Notes under the pieces: model-generated | Database searches by the model: none | Told to the model about the DNA's origin: nothing | What the model saw: only the letters and a program-made list of their open reading frames with translations | Shown: positions 8,264-17,125 of the stretch, one piece after another | Position numbering within the stretch: the first letter of the stretch is position 1 | Layout: each line of letters starts with the position of its first letter | Translations under genes and position numbers: made by a program | Source: a virus | Reading direction: 5' to 3' (one strand) | Virus record (IMG/VR): IMGVR_UViG_3300045988_154953 | Length of the DNA stretch: 64,000 nt

Positions 8264-11044
8264 TTATTGAACTTTTTTTGAAAAATTAGACAAAAACAAA
8301 TCTTTATTCATTTTATATAGAAGTTTCAGAACATTTCTTGTATATTTCGTATATTGTTTAAACTCTTTTAAATTTACACCAACACCTGAACTCATACCTA
8401 AAGATGTTTCGATTAATCGATTAATAGTTTTTAGATTTTTTATTTTAATGGCTCTTAATTTTTCAATTATACGATCATTTTCGGCCTCAACTCTTATCAT
8501 TCTATCTTCTGAACTTTTTGTGTTATGTGTAATATCATAGATATTTTCATTATATTCTTCAGCCAATTGACGTATTTTCGTCATTTGTTTATGATTCGCA
8601 GTTCCATTTATTTTAATAAAAAATTTCTCTGTCGGAATAGTATTGGAACTAGAAATATTTTTTATTTTTTTTAAGGAATTTTGTAAATCATTCATTGGGC
8701 AAATCAAATCACTATTAATACGTAATGATAATTGATCTTTTTCTTTTTGAATTTGTTCATACGGAATCTCTTTACCATTTTTCGTATGCTTAATCTTTTT
8801 TGTATACTTCATGAATTCTGGAAAGTCTTCTTTTGTAACAATTTCCTTTTTTATAACCTCGCCATTTTCATCCTCATATTCTATGTATTTTATAACTTTG
8901 TTGTTTTTCATAGATGGAAGCTTTTTTATACGTTTTATTTCTTGAATACCATCAACTTCATATTCTCGTTTACAACCATCTATTATAATTTGAGCAATAA
9001 CTGATAAAATAACAAAATTATCGTATAACTCATTCAGTTCCTCTTCGTCTGGATTATCTTTTTGTTTCTCAGTCCAATAATATGTCATGGCCAATTGAGC
9101 AAGATTACTAGATTCGCCAATACCAATTCTGGATTTAGCAAATTTATTATCCATACGAGCATATTCTTTCAAAGTATTATTATAAGTAATACCACTTTCT
9201 TTTAACTTATTAACAATTGTTGGGAATTCTTCATATGCTTTTTTAGCATTTCGAACCATCACCGGATGATTTGTTACAAAGAAAAAATCACTATCAAAAT
9301 CACATCCGTTAGCACGATCTTGGATATCTGTATGGATACAATTTACAGCTAATATATTAGGGCTAAATTCAAAATATTTTTTCATTAAATCGCTATGATG
9401 ATTATGTAAATAACAAATGTTATTAGGACTATTGTGGGGATTTCTTATACCACATAAGTATTCGTCATCGTTAAAGCGTGTAGTATAGCATTGAATTGTT
9501 CCAGGTTCAACATTCAATGTTGGATCATTCTCCCAATTTTCGTCAACAGTATAGAGTAGTAGTGCATATGGATTTCCACAAATCGTTAAATTATCAGCGT
9601 TAACAGTTATTTTACCGGTTCTCAATTTATCCACATACGTTTTAATAATTTGTCTCTTTTCGTATCTAAACCATGTGCTATTAGCAAAATCATTGTTGTG
9701 GTCATATAAATCAGCAAGCATTTCATAATGATTTATTGTATTCTTATTTTTTCGTAAAAACTTTTCAAAATAATCATTATCAGTTTTTAATTTATTCACA
9801 TATTGAATGCTCGTATTAGCTAATTCATCAATATCTTCTTTGCTACATGGAAGAGTATTAACCATTTGATAACTCATTTGCTGTACATCATCTAATTTAC
9901 TAGGATGATCAGTTTTTACAATACCAAAAAATGACCCATCGGCATTTACTCTTTGACACCAATATTCATATGCATCTCTAGGAGTTTCACCCATCAACGA
10001 CATGAATTTCTTCCATTTAATAGCATTATCAGTTGTAATCATTTTAATATCTTTTACATAATGCCATTTACCAAACATATCTTGAATTTGATAGGTATTA
10101 TAATCATATTGGTTTTTTATACACCAATCTCTAAGAAATTTTTGAATATAAGTTTTGAAAGCACATGCTTTGAAAAAATGATTTCTTAAAAGTGCCATGC
10201 CATTAACAAATTTTGGAAGTGTAGATGCTTCAATTAACGCCATACCATCCCATAAAGTATTTTTGACTTTAATTGTATCATTATTAACAACACATTTTTT
10301 TTGAGTTTTCTCATTAACAGTATATTCTTCTGCTTGAACAATTTTGGCAGCAGTTTGAAAAAAACTATCTTGATCTTTAAGAATAAGTATATCTTCAACA
10401 GGAAGATAAAACTTTTCGACAATTGTACTTGTTGTTAATGGTGCATAAGCTGACATTTCAACAATTTTAGCATCATTTTTAGGAAGTTTCTTACCAAGTC
10501 CCATTGTCAGCCAATCGTATGCTTTTTTATACAATTTGCTATTTATAAACATTGCCTGACCAACTTTAGCTTTTGAAGAATTACGATATAACATTTTATA
10601 ATGAATTGTTTGTTCTGTTATTTTTTCATCTTTCTTTGTGTTATATTTTATAGACACACCATTTTCATAAAAATCTTCACGAATTTCATCTCTTGACTTT
10701 TTAATATAATTATCTCTATTAGACTCTATTTTAGCGTATAAATTACGGATTCTATTTTTAGATTCTTCATCAAGTTTTTCGTCATTTTCATAATCACCAA
10801 ATTGTTTATTTAAGTGTTTGATTTCCTCATCATATGTTCTTGATCCAAAATCAAAATCTAAACAAATAATATCTCTAGTGCTTTTTTTATTCCAATCATT
10901 TAGTCCATTATCTTTTATATAATCATAAAACAAACTTTTACTAAACATTGCATCTGTGTATTCATATCTATCTCTAACACCTTGATTATATCCAAATAAC
11001 GTACCAGCCTTTATATTTTTTATTTTTAATCCATATTTTGACAT
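8264..11044 (-). CDS. YonO/RdRP-like single-subunit double-psi-beta-barrel RNA polymerase (putative)
   Basis: 926 aa. The segment GIRNPHNSPNNICYLHN...ANGCDFDSDFFFVTNHP parallels the RNP...(x)n...DxDGD catalytic region of YonO and eukaryotic-type RdRPs. DFDSD is encoded at 9301-9287. An HU gene lies directly downstream. Confidence 0.55.
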   Translation of the reverse strand: MSKYGLKIKNIKAGTLFGYNQGVRDRYEYTDAMFSKSLFYDYIKDNGLNDWNKKSTRDIICLDFDFGSRTYDEEIKHLNKQFGDYENDEKLDEESKNRIRNLYAKIESNRDNYIKKSRDEIREDFYENGVSIKYNTKKDEKITEQTIHYKMLYRNSSKAKVGQAMFINSKLYKKAYDWLTMGLGKKLPKNDAKIVEMSAYAPLTTSTIVEKFYLPVEDILILKDQDSFFQTAAKIVQAEEYTVNEKTQKKCVVNNDTIKVKNTLWDGMALIEASTLPKFVNGMALLRNHFFKACAFKTYIQKFLRDWCIKNQYDYNTYQIQDMFGKWHYVKDIKMITTDNAIKWKKFMSLMGETPRDAYEYWCQRVNADGSFFGIVKTDHPSKLDDVQQMSYQMVNTLPCSKEDIDELANTSIQYVNKLKTDNDYFEKFLRKNKNTINHYEMLADLYDHNNDFANSTWFRYEKRQIIKTYVDKLRTGKITVNADNLTICGNPYALLLYTVDENWENDPTLNVEPGTIQCYTTRFNDDEYLCGIRNPHNSPNNICYLHNHHSDLMKKYFEFSPNILAVNCIHTDIQDRANGCDFDSDFFFVTNHPVMVRNAKKAYEEFPTIVNKLKESGITYNNTLKEYARMDNKFAKSRIGIGESSNLAQLAMTYYWTEKQKDNPDEEELNELYDNFVILSVIAQIIIDGCKREYEVDGIQEIKRIKKLPSMKNNKVIKYIEYEDENGEVIKKEIVTKEDFPEFMKYTKKIKHTKNGKEIPYEQIQKEKDQLSLRINSDLICPMNDLQNSLKKIKNISSSNTIPTEKFFIKINGTANHKQMTKIRQLAEEYNENIYDITHNTKSSEDRMIRVEAENDRIIEKLRAIKIKNLKTINRLIETSLGMSSGVGVNLKEFKQYTKYTRNVLKLLYKMNKDLFLSNFSKKVQ

Positions 11045-11059
11045 CTACCTTATCACCTT

Positions 11060-12805
11060 CTAACTCATTTGTACTTGATAACCATATATGCTATTCAATT
11101 GTCTTTTCTTCGGCTTCTTCTGTTTTTTCAACTTCTTCAATTTCTTTTGATACTCTGTTAATTCTTTTTCTAATTTTTTCTTCTCTAAATAATTACGACA
11201 GTTTTTAATCTGTATCTTTAATTTTCGAATATACTTTTTTGTATCCTCTTCAGTCGTATCAACTTCATGTTCTGATTCAGTTAATTCTGCAGCTAATCCC
11301 GTATCTACAAGTCGTTGATATTCTTCGTTTACGGTGAATGCTAATTCAGGATTGAAATCAAGATTTCTTCCATTAATATATTCATTTGTTGATTGTACCG
11401 GTATATTTACATAATTATTTAGCATCCGACTAATGTTTTCTTCAAATGAGGTAACATTTTGTTTAAATTCAACCATACTCATTTGATCCTTTTTGATTTT
11501 CGTCAATCGTTCATTATAATATTCTCTTAATTCATCAGAGAATGTTTTCATTAAATCATTCCATTGAATCAACTCTATTTCTTCTATATTAATAGACTTA
11601 ACATAGTCAATAATATCCTGAACGAATTCCAATGTAAGAATAAACGTCTCATACTTCAACGTGCTACGAAAACATCTAAACTCAATTGTTTCTGAGTGTT
11701 GTAAATTTAAAGCAACTCGTTTACCATTATTTTTGTATTTACCATATAAATCAACAATACTTGTTTCATTCTTACCATTCCCAACAAATTGACTATAGAA
11801 ATTATTTCTCCTGGCAATAACACAAATTTCATCATTAAATTTTTCAAGGATATATAAAATCTTAGAGATAGTAAGCTGCTGCATTAACTCTGTTTTACCA
11901 AGATACTTTCTATCAGCGTGTATATGTAAACCGGCACTATTTGCATCATGACCTTTGTATCCTTGTTTATCCAAATATTCAAACATCTGTTTGTAATTTA
12001 AAGTCTTATGATATTCTAAGCTGCATGGCATTGTATCTAATTCGATTTGAACTGTACTGTCACTTGTACTATAAATTAAATTCTCATCATCAGTATCCGA
12101 TCCATTCATGATTTGAATACATTTCTTTACAACACTTTCACGATTATCTTTCTCATTCTCATTCGTGTTTTCAGCAACCTCGATCTCAGCACCGAGTAGA
12201 AGAGGAGTGTCTTCAGTATCTAACTTATGATGAACATATTTCGGTTTATAATTATATGGATGAATATATTTTTTTATGTTAGAATGACCAAAACATTCGT
12301 ATAATAAATCAACATTAAAATAAGAATTATTACTAAATAATGTACCTGCACTACTAAAATAATTCTGTCTGCCAGTTATATTTCCATTATTCATATTTGG
12401 TTCTAATGAAGAACTTGGCACAACACATTCTCCTAATGGTAATCTTCTTTGTCTAATTAAACGTTGATAAACTCTATTCAAACTAGTTGTACTTAAATTG
12501 GAAAGATTATAGATTCTTATGGCACTTAAATAACTATCAAAATTACGAGGATGCTCACTTATACATCCATTTTCATCAAAAAATGTTTCATTTATATGAA
12601 AATTGTAACTTCTCCGTATAAAATTGTTAAAACTTTCTATATTGAACGAGTATACTTTATCAAGTTGATAATCATTAGTTCTAGTTACAATACGTATATT
12701 ATTACCAAGTCTTTCTGTATGTATAATTAACGCACCGTCGATAGTATAAGGATCCTGCATACTAATTATATGTCCATTAAGTTGAATATCTGGTATAAGT
12801 CTCAT
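11060..12805 (-). CDS. amidoligase-like (glutamine-synthetase-fold COOH-NH2 ligase) domain protein with Lys-rich coiled-coil tail
   Basis: LLLGAEIEV, GLHIHADRKY and ALNLQHSETIEFRCFRSTL resemble Amidoligase_2 motifs. ATG at 12805 follows AAGGAG; the track start at 12835 is an extension. Confidence 0.4.
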   Translation of the reverse strand: MRLIPDIQLNGHIISMQDPYTIDGALIIHTERLGNNIRIVTRTNDYQLDKVYSFNIESFNNFIRRSYNFHINETFFDENGCISEHPRNFDSYLSAIRIYNLSNLSTTSLNRVYQRLIRQRRLPLGECVVPSSSLEPNMNNGNITGRQNYFSSAGTLFSNNSYFNVDLLYECFGHSNIKKYIHPYNYKPKYVHHKLDTEDTPLLLGAEIEVAENTNENEKDNRESVVKKCIQIMNGSDTDDENLIYSTSDSTVQIELDTMPCSLEYHKTLNYKQMFEYLDKQGYKGHDANSAGLHIHADRKYLGKTELMQQLTISKILYILEKFNDEICVIARRNNFYSQFVGNGKNETSIVDLYGKYKNNGKRVALNLQHSETIEFRCFRSTLKYETFILTLEFVQDIIDYVKSINIEEIELIQWNDLMKTFSDELREYYNERLTKIKKDQMSMVEFKQNVTSFEENISRMLNNYVNIPVQSTNEYINGRNLDFNPELAFTVNEEYQRLVDTGLAAELTESEHEVDTTEEDTKKYIRKLKIQIKNCRNYLEKKKLEKELTEYQKKLKKLKKQKKPKKRQLNSIYGYQVQMS

Positions 12806-12816
12806 TTGTTTCTCCT

Positions 12817-13311
12817 TTAATCCCATAAATCCCAAAAGAATAAATTAAACAGTTTCATAAAAGCATTTTTATTTTGATTCATCACATTACAAATCCGTTT
12901 ATAATCATCCATAGTTCTGCAATTAAAATCATAGTCATCATCATATATATTCTTACCATATAGAACTTTTTCAACATAATCTTCATCCATCATTTGTAGA
13001 TGATAAATCATAGTATCTAAAACCATATTTGTTTGTTCACTTGTTAGAAATAAGCTATTAAAACTATATATATATTCTTCCGGCACATTAAATAAAGTAA
13101 AACGATCATTTTTGAGTCGCTTAAATATTTCTATTGTTCGTATTCGAAATATTGAATCATAATTCCACAGTTCTCTATAATCGTATCCTAACCAGGCACG
13201 CTGCCATGCATAATAAATATCTCTAAATATATTTTCGATTTTATATTTTAAACTACAATTTTTGTATTGAGTCCTATATTCTTTCAAAGAACCTTTTAAT
13301 CCTGATGACAT
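12817..13311 (-). CDS. hypothetical protein
   Basis: ORF track; abuts neighbouring ORFs in a co-oriented operon. Confidence 0.55.
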   Translation of the reverse strand: MSSGLKGSLKEYRTQYKNCSLKYKIENIFRDIYYAWQRAWLGYDYRELWNYDSIFRIRTIEIFKRLKNDRFTLFNVPEEYIYSFNSLFLTSEQTNMVLDTMIYHLQMMDEDYVEKVLYGKNIYDDDYDFNCRTMDDYKRICNVMNQNKNAFMKLFNLFFWDLWD

Positions 13312-13545
13312 TTACTCATCACCTAACTGAGAGACATCTTCTTTAATAGTCCAATTTCTATTAATACTTATTTCACTAGCATAAGTCATACAACCAGTAG
13401 CAGAATCATTATCTGTAATATCATGTTTACCTGATATAATATAACCATGTCTATCTTTGTCTATATTAATTATGTACTCATGACCAGATACAAATCCACA
13501 CATGGATCTTCCGGTATAAGTAGCTGTATATTTACCAATTAACAC
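13312..13545 (-). CDS. hypothetical protein
   Basis: ORF track; directly adjacent to 12817..13311 and overlaps the upstream ORF by 7 nt. Confidence 0.55.
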   Translation of the reverse strand: MLIGKYTATYTGRSMCGFVSGHEYIINIDKDRHGYIISGKHDITDNDSATGCMTYASEISINRNWTIKEDVSQLGDE

Positions 13546-13913
13546 GAAAATTCGTCCCCTTTAGCTAATTTCTCATAATTTTTACCATACCAAGATTCGT
13601 CCGATGGACTATTCAAAATGCTACAGATATTTAGAATTAATCCTGGATTATCTCGACTTATTGTCACATATCTTTCATGAATACAATGATCGCAACAGCT
13701 CATAAATTCATCACGTTCTTTCCCAATAGAAGATAAGTACTTTTCGCATTCATGTTTTACAATCTTATTTAACTTTTTCCAATTCTTACAATACAAAAAA
13801 TTTAATAACTCAAAATCACATACATGCATATGATCAAGACTATCATGTTCTCTATTACGCCATAATTCAGTAAATATTTTATCTTCTTGTTTAAGTATAT
13901 CTATATCAGTCAT
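13539..13913 (-). CDS. hypothetical protein (Cys/His-rich)
   Basis: ORF track, trimmed to ATG at 13913 (MTDIDILK) after ACGGGAG. Confidence 0.55.
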   Translation of the reverse strand: MTDIDILKQEDKIFTELWRNREHDSLDHMHVCDFELLNFLYCKNWKKLNKIVKHECEKYLSSIGKERDEFMSCCDHCIHERYVTISRDNPGLILNICSILNSPSDESWYGKNYEKLAKGDEFSC

Positions 13914-13926
13914 AAACACTCCCGTT

Positions 13927-14091
13927 TTATTCAATTTTATACAAAATATAATTACCTTTACCACAAAATGGGCATTTAATTATTTTTCTCTCATAATAAA
14001 GAGGCTTATCATGTTTTTCGTGCACCACATCAGTATCAAGATATTGAAATAATCTATTACAACAATCGCAAATAATACTATATTTATACAT
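13927..14091 (-). CDS. hypothetical zinc-ribbon protein
   Basis: CDCCNRLF...CPFCGKG. Trimmed to ATG at 14091 after GTGGAGA. Confidence 0.5.
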   Translation of the reverse strand: MYKYSIICDCCNRLFQYLDTDVVHEKHDKPLYYERKIIKCPFCGKGNYILYKIE

Positions 14092-14359
14092 TGTATGTCT
14101 CCACATCTTCAGCACTGATTATGTTCATCCCATATGGTAATAGTGCAAAACAACACTTTGGAAATTGTTCATTCAGACATTTACAAAATTGAACAGCTGT
14201 TTCTATATCCCATACATCAGAATCAAAACTTATAACATAACTTCCATCTTGAATGTCATTGAGAAGTGGAATATTAGCAGCCAATTCTTCAGCACATCTA
14301 TTTAATTTATCTCTATATTCATTCATTAAGTTTTTTAATGCCTCTTCTTTTAAATCCAT
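14084..14359 (-). CDS. hypothetical protein
   Basis: ORF track; overlapping stop/start with both neighbours. Confidence 0.55.
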   Translation of the reverse strand: MDLKEEALKNLMNEYRDKLNRCAEELAANIPLLNDIQDGSYVISFDSDVWDIETAVQFCKCLNEQFPKCCFALLPYGMNIISAEDVETYNV

Positions 14360-14625
14360 AATTTATCCTTCCTACAAAACTCTTCACATGTTTTATCAAA
14401 TCCATTAGTACTACAGTTATAATAATTCTTCTGACAACTCAAGCCCCAATCACCGCCACCAATCCAATATTTACAGTTAAAACAAATATCCATATCTTTT
14501 ATTAATTTATCATTTTCTAATCTACATGAGACTGTATGACCAATATTGGTTATACTACACACATTAAATTCGATTCCTTTAAGATCAACATATGTTTGTC
14601 TATACTTGCAGTCTTTACACATCAT
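14350..14625 (-). CDS. hypothetical Cys-rich protein
   Basis: 12 Cys including CKDCKY and CFNCKY. ATG at 14625 lies 6 nt after AGAGGTG. Confidence 0.55.
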   Translation of the reverse strand: MMCKDCKYRQTYVDLKGIEFNVCSITNIGHTVSCRLENDKLIKDMDICFNCKYWIGGGDWGLSCQKNYYNCSTNGFDKTCEEFCRKDKLWI

Positions 14626-14636
14626 ACCAATCACCT

Positions 14637-15002
14637 CTAAATAGAAGAGTACTCTTCATCATCATAAGTCCATTCATCATTATCTTCGCCTAATTCTTTT
14701 GACATCATTTCACAAAATTGTAAAATAAATTTATTTAATCCATCTGTCCAATATTCAAATAATCGTGTCCCTACACTTTCAAACTTAAATCTTTGTCCTC
14801 GTTCGTTCCATTCAAGAAAACCTATAGAAAAACAATACCTAGTAATTATCTTTTTCTTTCCTGTAAAGCCGTCTATTACTTCATAAGGATCACGATCTTT
14901 CCACTTAACTAGGTCAAATTTATATGGTTCAAAATGACCATCTAAATATGTAGGTGCTCTAAATTGAAATCCATCCCATTCATCTGTATATACTTTTACC
15001 AT
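14637..15002 (-). CDS. hypothetical protein
   Basis: ORF track; co-oriented operon member. Confidence 0.55.
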   Translation of the reverse strand: MVKVYTDEWDGFQFRAPTYLDGHFEPYKFDLVKWKDRDPYEVIDGFTGKKKIITRYCFSIGFLEWNERGQRFKFESVGTRLFEYWTDGLNKFILQFCEMMSKELGEDNDEWTYDDEEYSSI

Positions 15003-15032
15003 TTTTGCATCCTTATTTCTTTAATCATTAAA

Positions 15033-15353
15033 TTATGAATATAGTTTTAATAACTCATTTCCGGTATAATTAACAAACTGTTCCCAATTATTCATAAGTT
15101 GAGTATATATGTCTATTTTAACAGCAGCTTTCTCATCCCCGATCCATGGAGATACAATCACTTCATATTCTGCTTTACTCCAGAAATAATACATTGTAGT
15201 AGATCGTAACTTTTTTGAGAATTCGTTTCTACTAATAGTAGGAGAGAAGAGTTTGATTACTTCCTCTCTAAATCTGCCATGATCAAATACATTGGAAGTT
15301 GTAATCTTCCTGGCATTAAAGTCATAATATAATACATTCCATTTTAATTTCAT
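15033..15353 (-). CDS. hypothetical protein
   Basis: ORF track; co-oriented operon member. Confidence 0.55.
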   Translation of the reverse strand: MKLKWNVLYYDFNARKITTSNVFDHGRFREEVIKLFSPTISRNEFSKKLRSTTMYYFWSKAEYEVIVSPWIGDEKAAVKIDIYTQLMNNWEQFVNYTGNELLKLYS

Positions 15354-15375
15354 TATTTTGATTCCTCTTTCTTAA

Positions 15376-15771
15376 CTAAAATATTTCACAATGACAATAA
15401 TTTATAAGATATGGATAAGTATCTTTATTGTAATCAATCATCCAGTTATCATATTTTTCTTTATCAGAAAACTTATCCAATATAAGTACATCAGCTTGTA
15501 CATAATAATGCCCATCTGATGCGATTCGTTTCTCTGCAGTCCCTGGCAATACAGACCCTACAACATTACTACATACATAATCACATGTAATATCATCATT
15601 CGTATAATTAGTGAACTTGCCATTTTTATTATATACAATAGGTGTATAGTCGAATAACCCTTCTACAATGGCTTCCTCAATCATATCTTCCGTAATAGTA
15701 AATTCGTTCTGTGTTTTACCAGCATCTATTAGTATGAAATCATATATTTTTACAAATTTTATATTCTTCAT
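15376..15771 (-). CDS. hypothetical protein
   Basis: ORF track, trimmed to ATG at 15771 (MKNIKF) after AGGTGG. Confidence 0.55.
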   Translation of the reverse strand: MKNIKFVKIYDFILIDAGKTQNEFTITEDMIEEAIVEGLFDYTPIVYNKNGKFTNYTNDDITCDYVCSNVVGSVLPGTAEKRIASDGHYYVQADVLILDKFSDKEKYDNWMIDYNKDTYPYLINYCHCEIF

Positions 15772-15794
15772 CCCAAATCCACCTAAAATGTATA

Positions 15795-15995
15795 TTATAA
15801 TTTTCTGCCACAAATAGGACAGTAGTTTATATTCATGACAACATCAGAATAGTACCAATCTTCACACGGTACATATAACCCAATTTCATCATCGTTATCT
15901 TTTACAATAGCTATATTCTCATCCCATTTATTCTGGAACTGTTTAATGTATTCTTTTTTCGTATTCCATATCTTTTTACATAATTCACAAGTCAT
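15795..15995 (-). CDS. hypothetical zinc-ribbon protein (C-terminal INYCPICGRKL)
   Basis: CELC...CPICGRKL. The C-terminal motif is shared with 56459..56674. Confidence 0.55.
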   Translation of the reverse strand: MTCELCKKIWNTKKEYIKQFQNKWDENIAIVKDNDDEIGLYVPCEDWYYSDVVMNINYCPICGRKL

Positions 15996-16034
15996 ACATT
16001 TAAATCCTTTATATATCTTTCATTTATGTTGACG

Positions 16035-16121
16035 ATATGGTATAATACCGGATATTCTGCATAAGAGTCATCGTATCTCTTATATTTTACACGCTAGAAC
16101 TTCCGGTATTACATACCATAT
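16035..16121. repeat. interrupted 18-bp inverted repeat enclosing a second hairpin
   Basis: ATATGGTATAATACCGGA (16035-16052) pairs with TCCGGTATTACATACCATAT (16102-16121, 2-nt bulge). Inner stem is ATAAGAG/CTCTTAT. Confidence 0.6.
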
Positions 16122-16300
16122 GAAGCATCAATATTTTTACTCTTTGATGCAGAAGAGTGATAAAAATTAATAAATAAGTAGGAATATCTTGGATATTTTC
16201 CTTACGATTTTGAAAACCTTTGGTAGCATTAGATTATGTTATCTTGTCTATCTGGGAGTGAATTACTCCTGAAGTCACGATAATGCGTGAATCCCTTACT

Positions 16301-16501
16301 TCAAATACCATTATGGTTTTCTTCAATACCTCCAGATTCTTTAAATAATGGTAGAATAGGACACCATTCTGGTTTGGTTGGATATGTATCTTTCATTATT
16401 TTATTTTTATGATTACATTCACACATTAAAAATGTAGCATTATAAAAATCACATTCTTTACAATTGTTCGGCATATCTACAATCAACATTCCTTTTGACA
16501 C
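16301..16501 (-). CDS. hypothetical Cys-rich protein
   Basis: GTG start 6 nt after AAGGA. CKECDF...CECNH...WCP. Confidence 0.5.
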   Translation of the reverse strand: MSKGMLIVDMPNNCKECDFYNATFLMCECNHKNKIMKDTYPTKPEWCPILPLFKESGGIEENHNGI

Positions 16502-16535
16502 AATCTTTCCTTCTTTCTATTTGTATTAATATAAA

Positions 16536-16553
16536 AATTATATTGATTAGTTT
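16536..16553 (-). promoter_or_regulatory. recurrent 18-nt motif AAACTAATCAATATAATT (copy 1)
   Basis: Exact consensus on the minus strand. Overlaps the TAA stop of 16552..16893 and lies about 35 nt upstream of the GTG at 16501. Confidence 0.5.
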
Positions 16554-16893
16554 AAACACTTTTATTTTTAGAATCATATTCTTTCTTACATTCTTCTAGT
16601 TCTTCATTTGAATATATTACTGTGATTACATCTTTTATATTAAGTCTAATTTCATCGTATTTAGTAATTTCATTATTTATTAAATATCTCGCAATAATAT
16701 CTATTTCTTCAAGCATGTCATCAGATATATATTTGTCTGGTTTAGTAATAGGAGTGATCTTAACTGTTTTTGGCATTACTTTATCTATAATTCCAACGAA
16801 TTTACATGTCTTTGGTTTATCCTCAATTTTAACACTCTTTATATATGCAACAATATCTCCGACATGGAGATCTTGATTAACGAAATCTGTCAT
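16552..16893 (-). CDS. hypothetical protein
   Basis: ORF track. The antisense ORF 16622..16876 is low-complexity and was rejected. Confidence 0.55.
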   Translation of the reverse strand: MTDFVNQDLHVGDIVAYIKSVKIEDKPKTCKFVGIIDKVMPKTVKITPITKPDKYISDDMLEEIDIIARYLINNEITKYDEIRLNIKDVITVIYSNEELEECKKEYDSKNKSV

Positions 16894-16932
16894 AAATTTT
16901 CCACATTATCCTTCTCTTTATTATTCTGGCCA

Positions 16933-16942
16933 CATTGATTAG
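16933..16942 (-). promoter_or_regulatory. partial copy (core ACTAATCAAT) of the recurrent motif
   Basis: Core 10-mer on the minus strand, 40 nt upstream of the ATG at 16893. Lacks the A/T-TAATT tail. Confidence 0.3.
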
Positions 16943-17017
16943 TAGTGTTCGTTTCTTCCGGTACGAATATTATGCATTCGTGATGCTTGAATAGTTTGCC
17001 GGCTTTTTTGCATAATT

Positions 17018-17113
17018 TTAGGTATTCATTTGATACTTTTTTTTATTGAATTCTTTCGGATTAACCATTGGTGGCAATCTGTTTGATTTTAATTGTTTCA
17101 TGAATTTATCCAT
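17018..17113 (-). CDS. hypothetical 31-aa peptide
   Basis: Own translation MDKFMKQLKSNRLPPMVNPKEFNKKKYQMNT. AAAAGGA upstream. Follows the stop of 17126..18391. Confidence 0.3.
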   Translation of the reverse strand: MDKFMKQLKSNRLPPMVNPKEFNKKKYQMNT

Positions 17114-17125
17114 AAGCAGTTCCTT

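Noticed and set aside
8732-10422. ORFs 8732..9004, 9953..10189 (+) and 10234..10422 (-) within the RNAP gene.
   Set aside because: They are embedded in or antisense to the 926-aa ORF. Their Phe/Ile/Leu/Asn-rich low-complexity translations are characteristic of alternative frames of AT-rich coding DNA.
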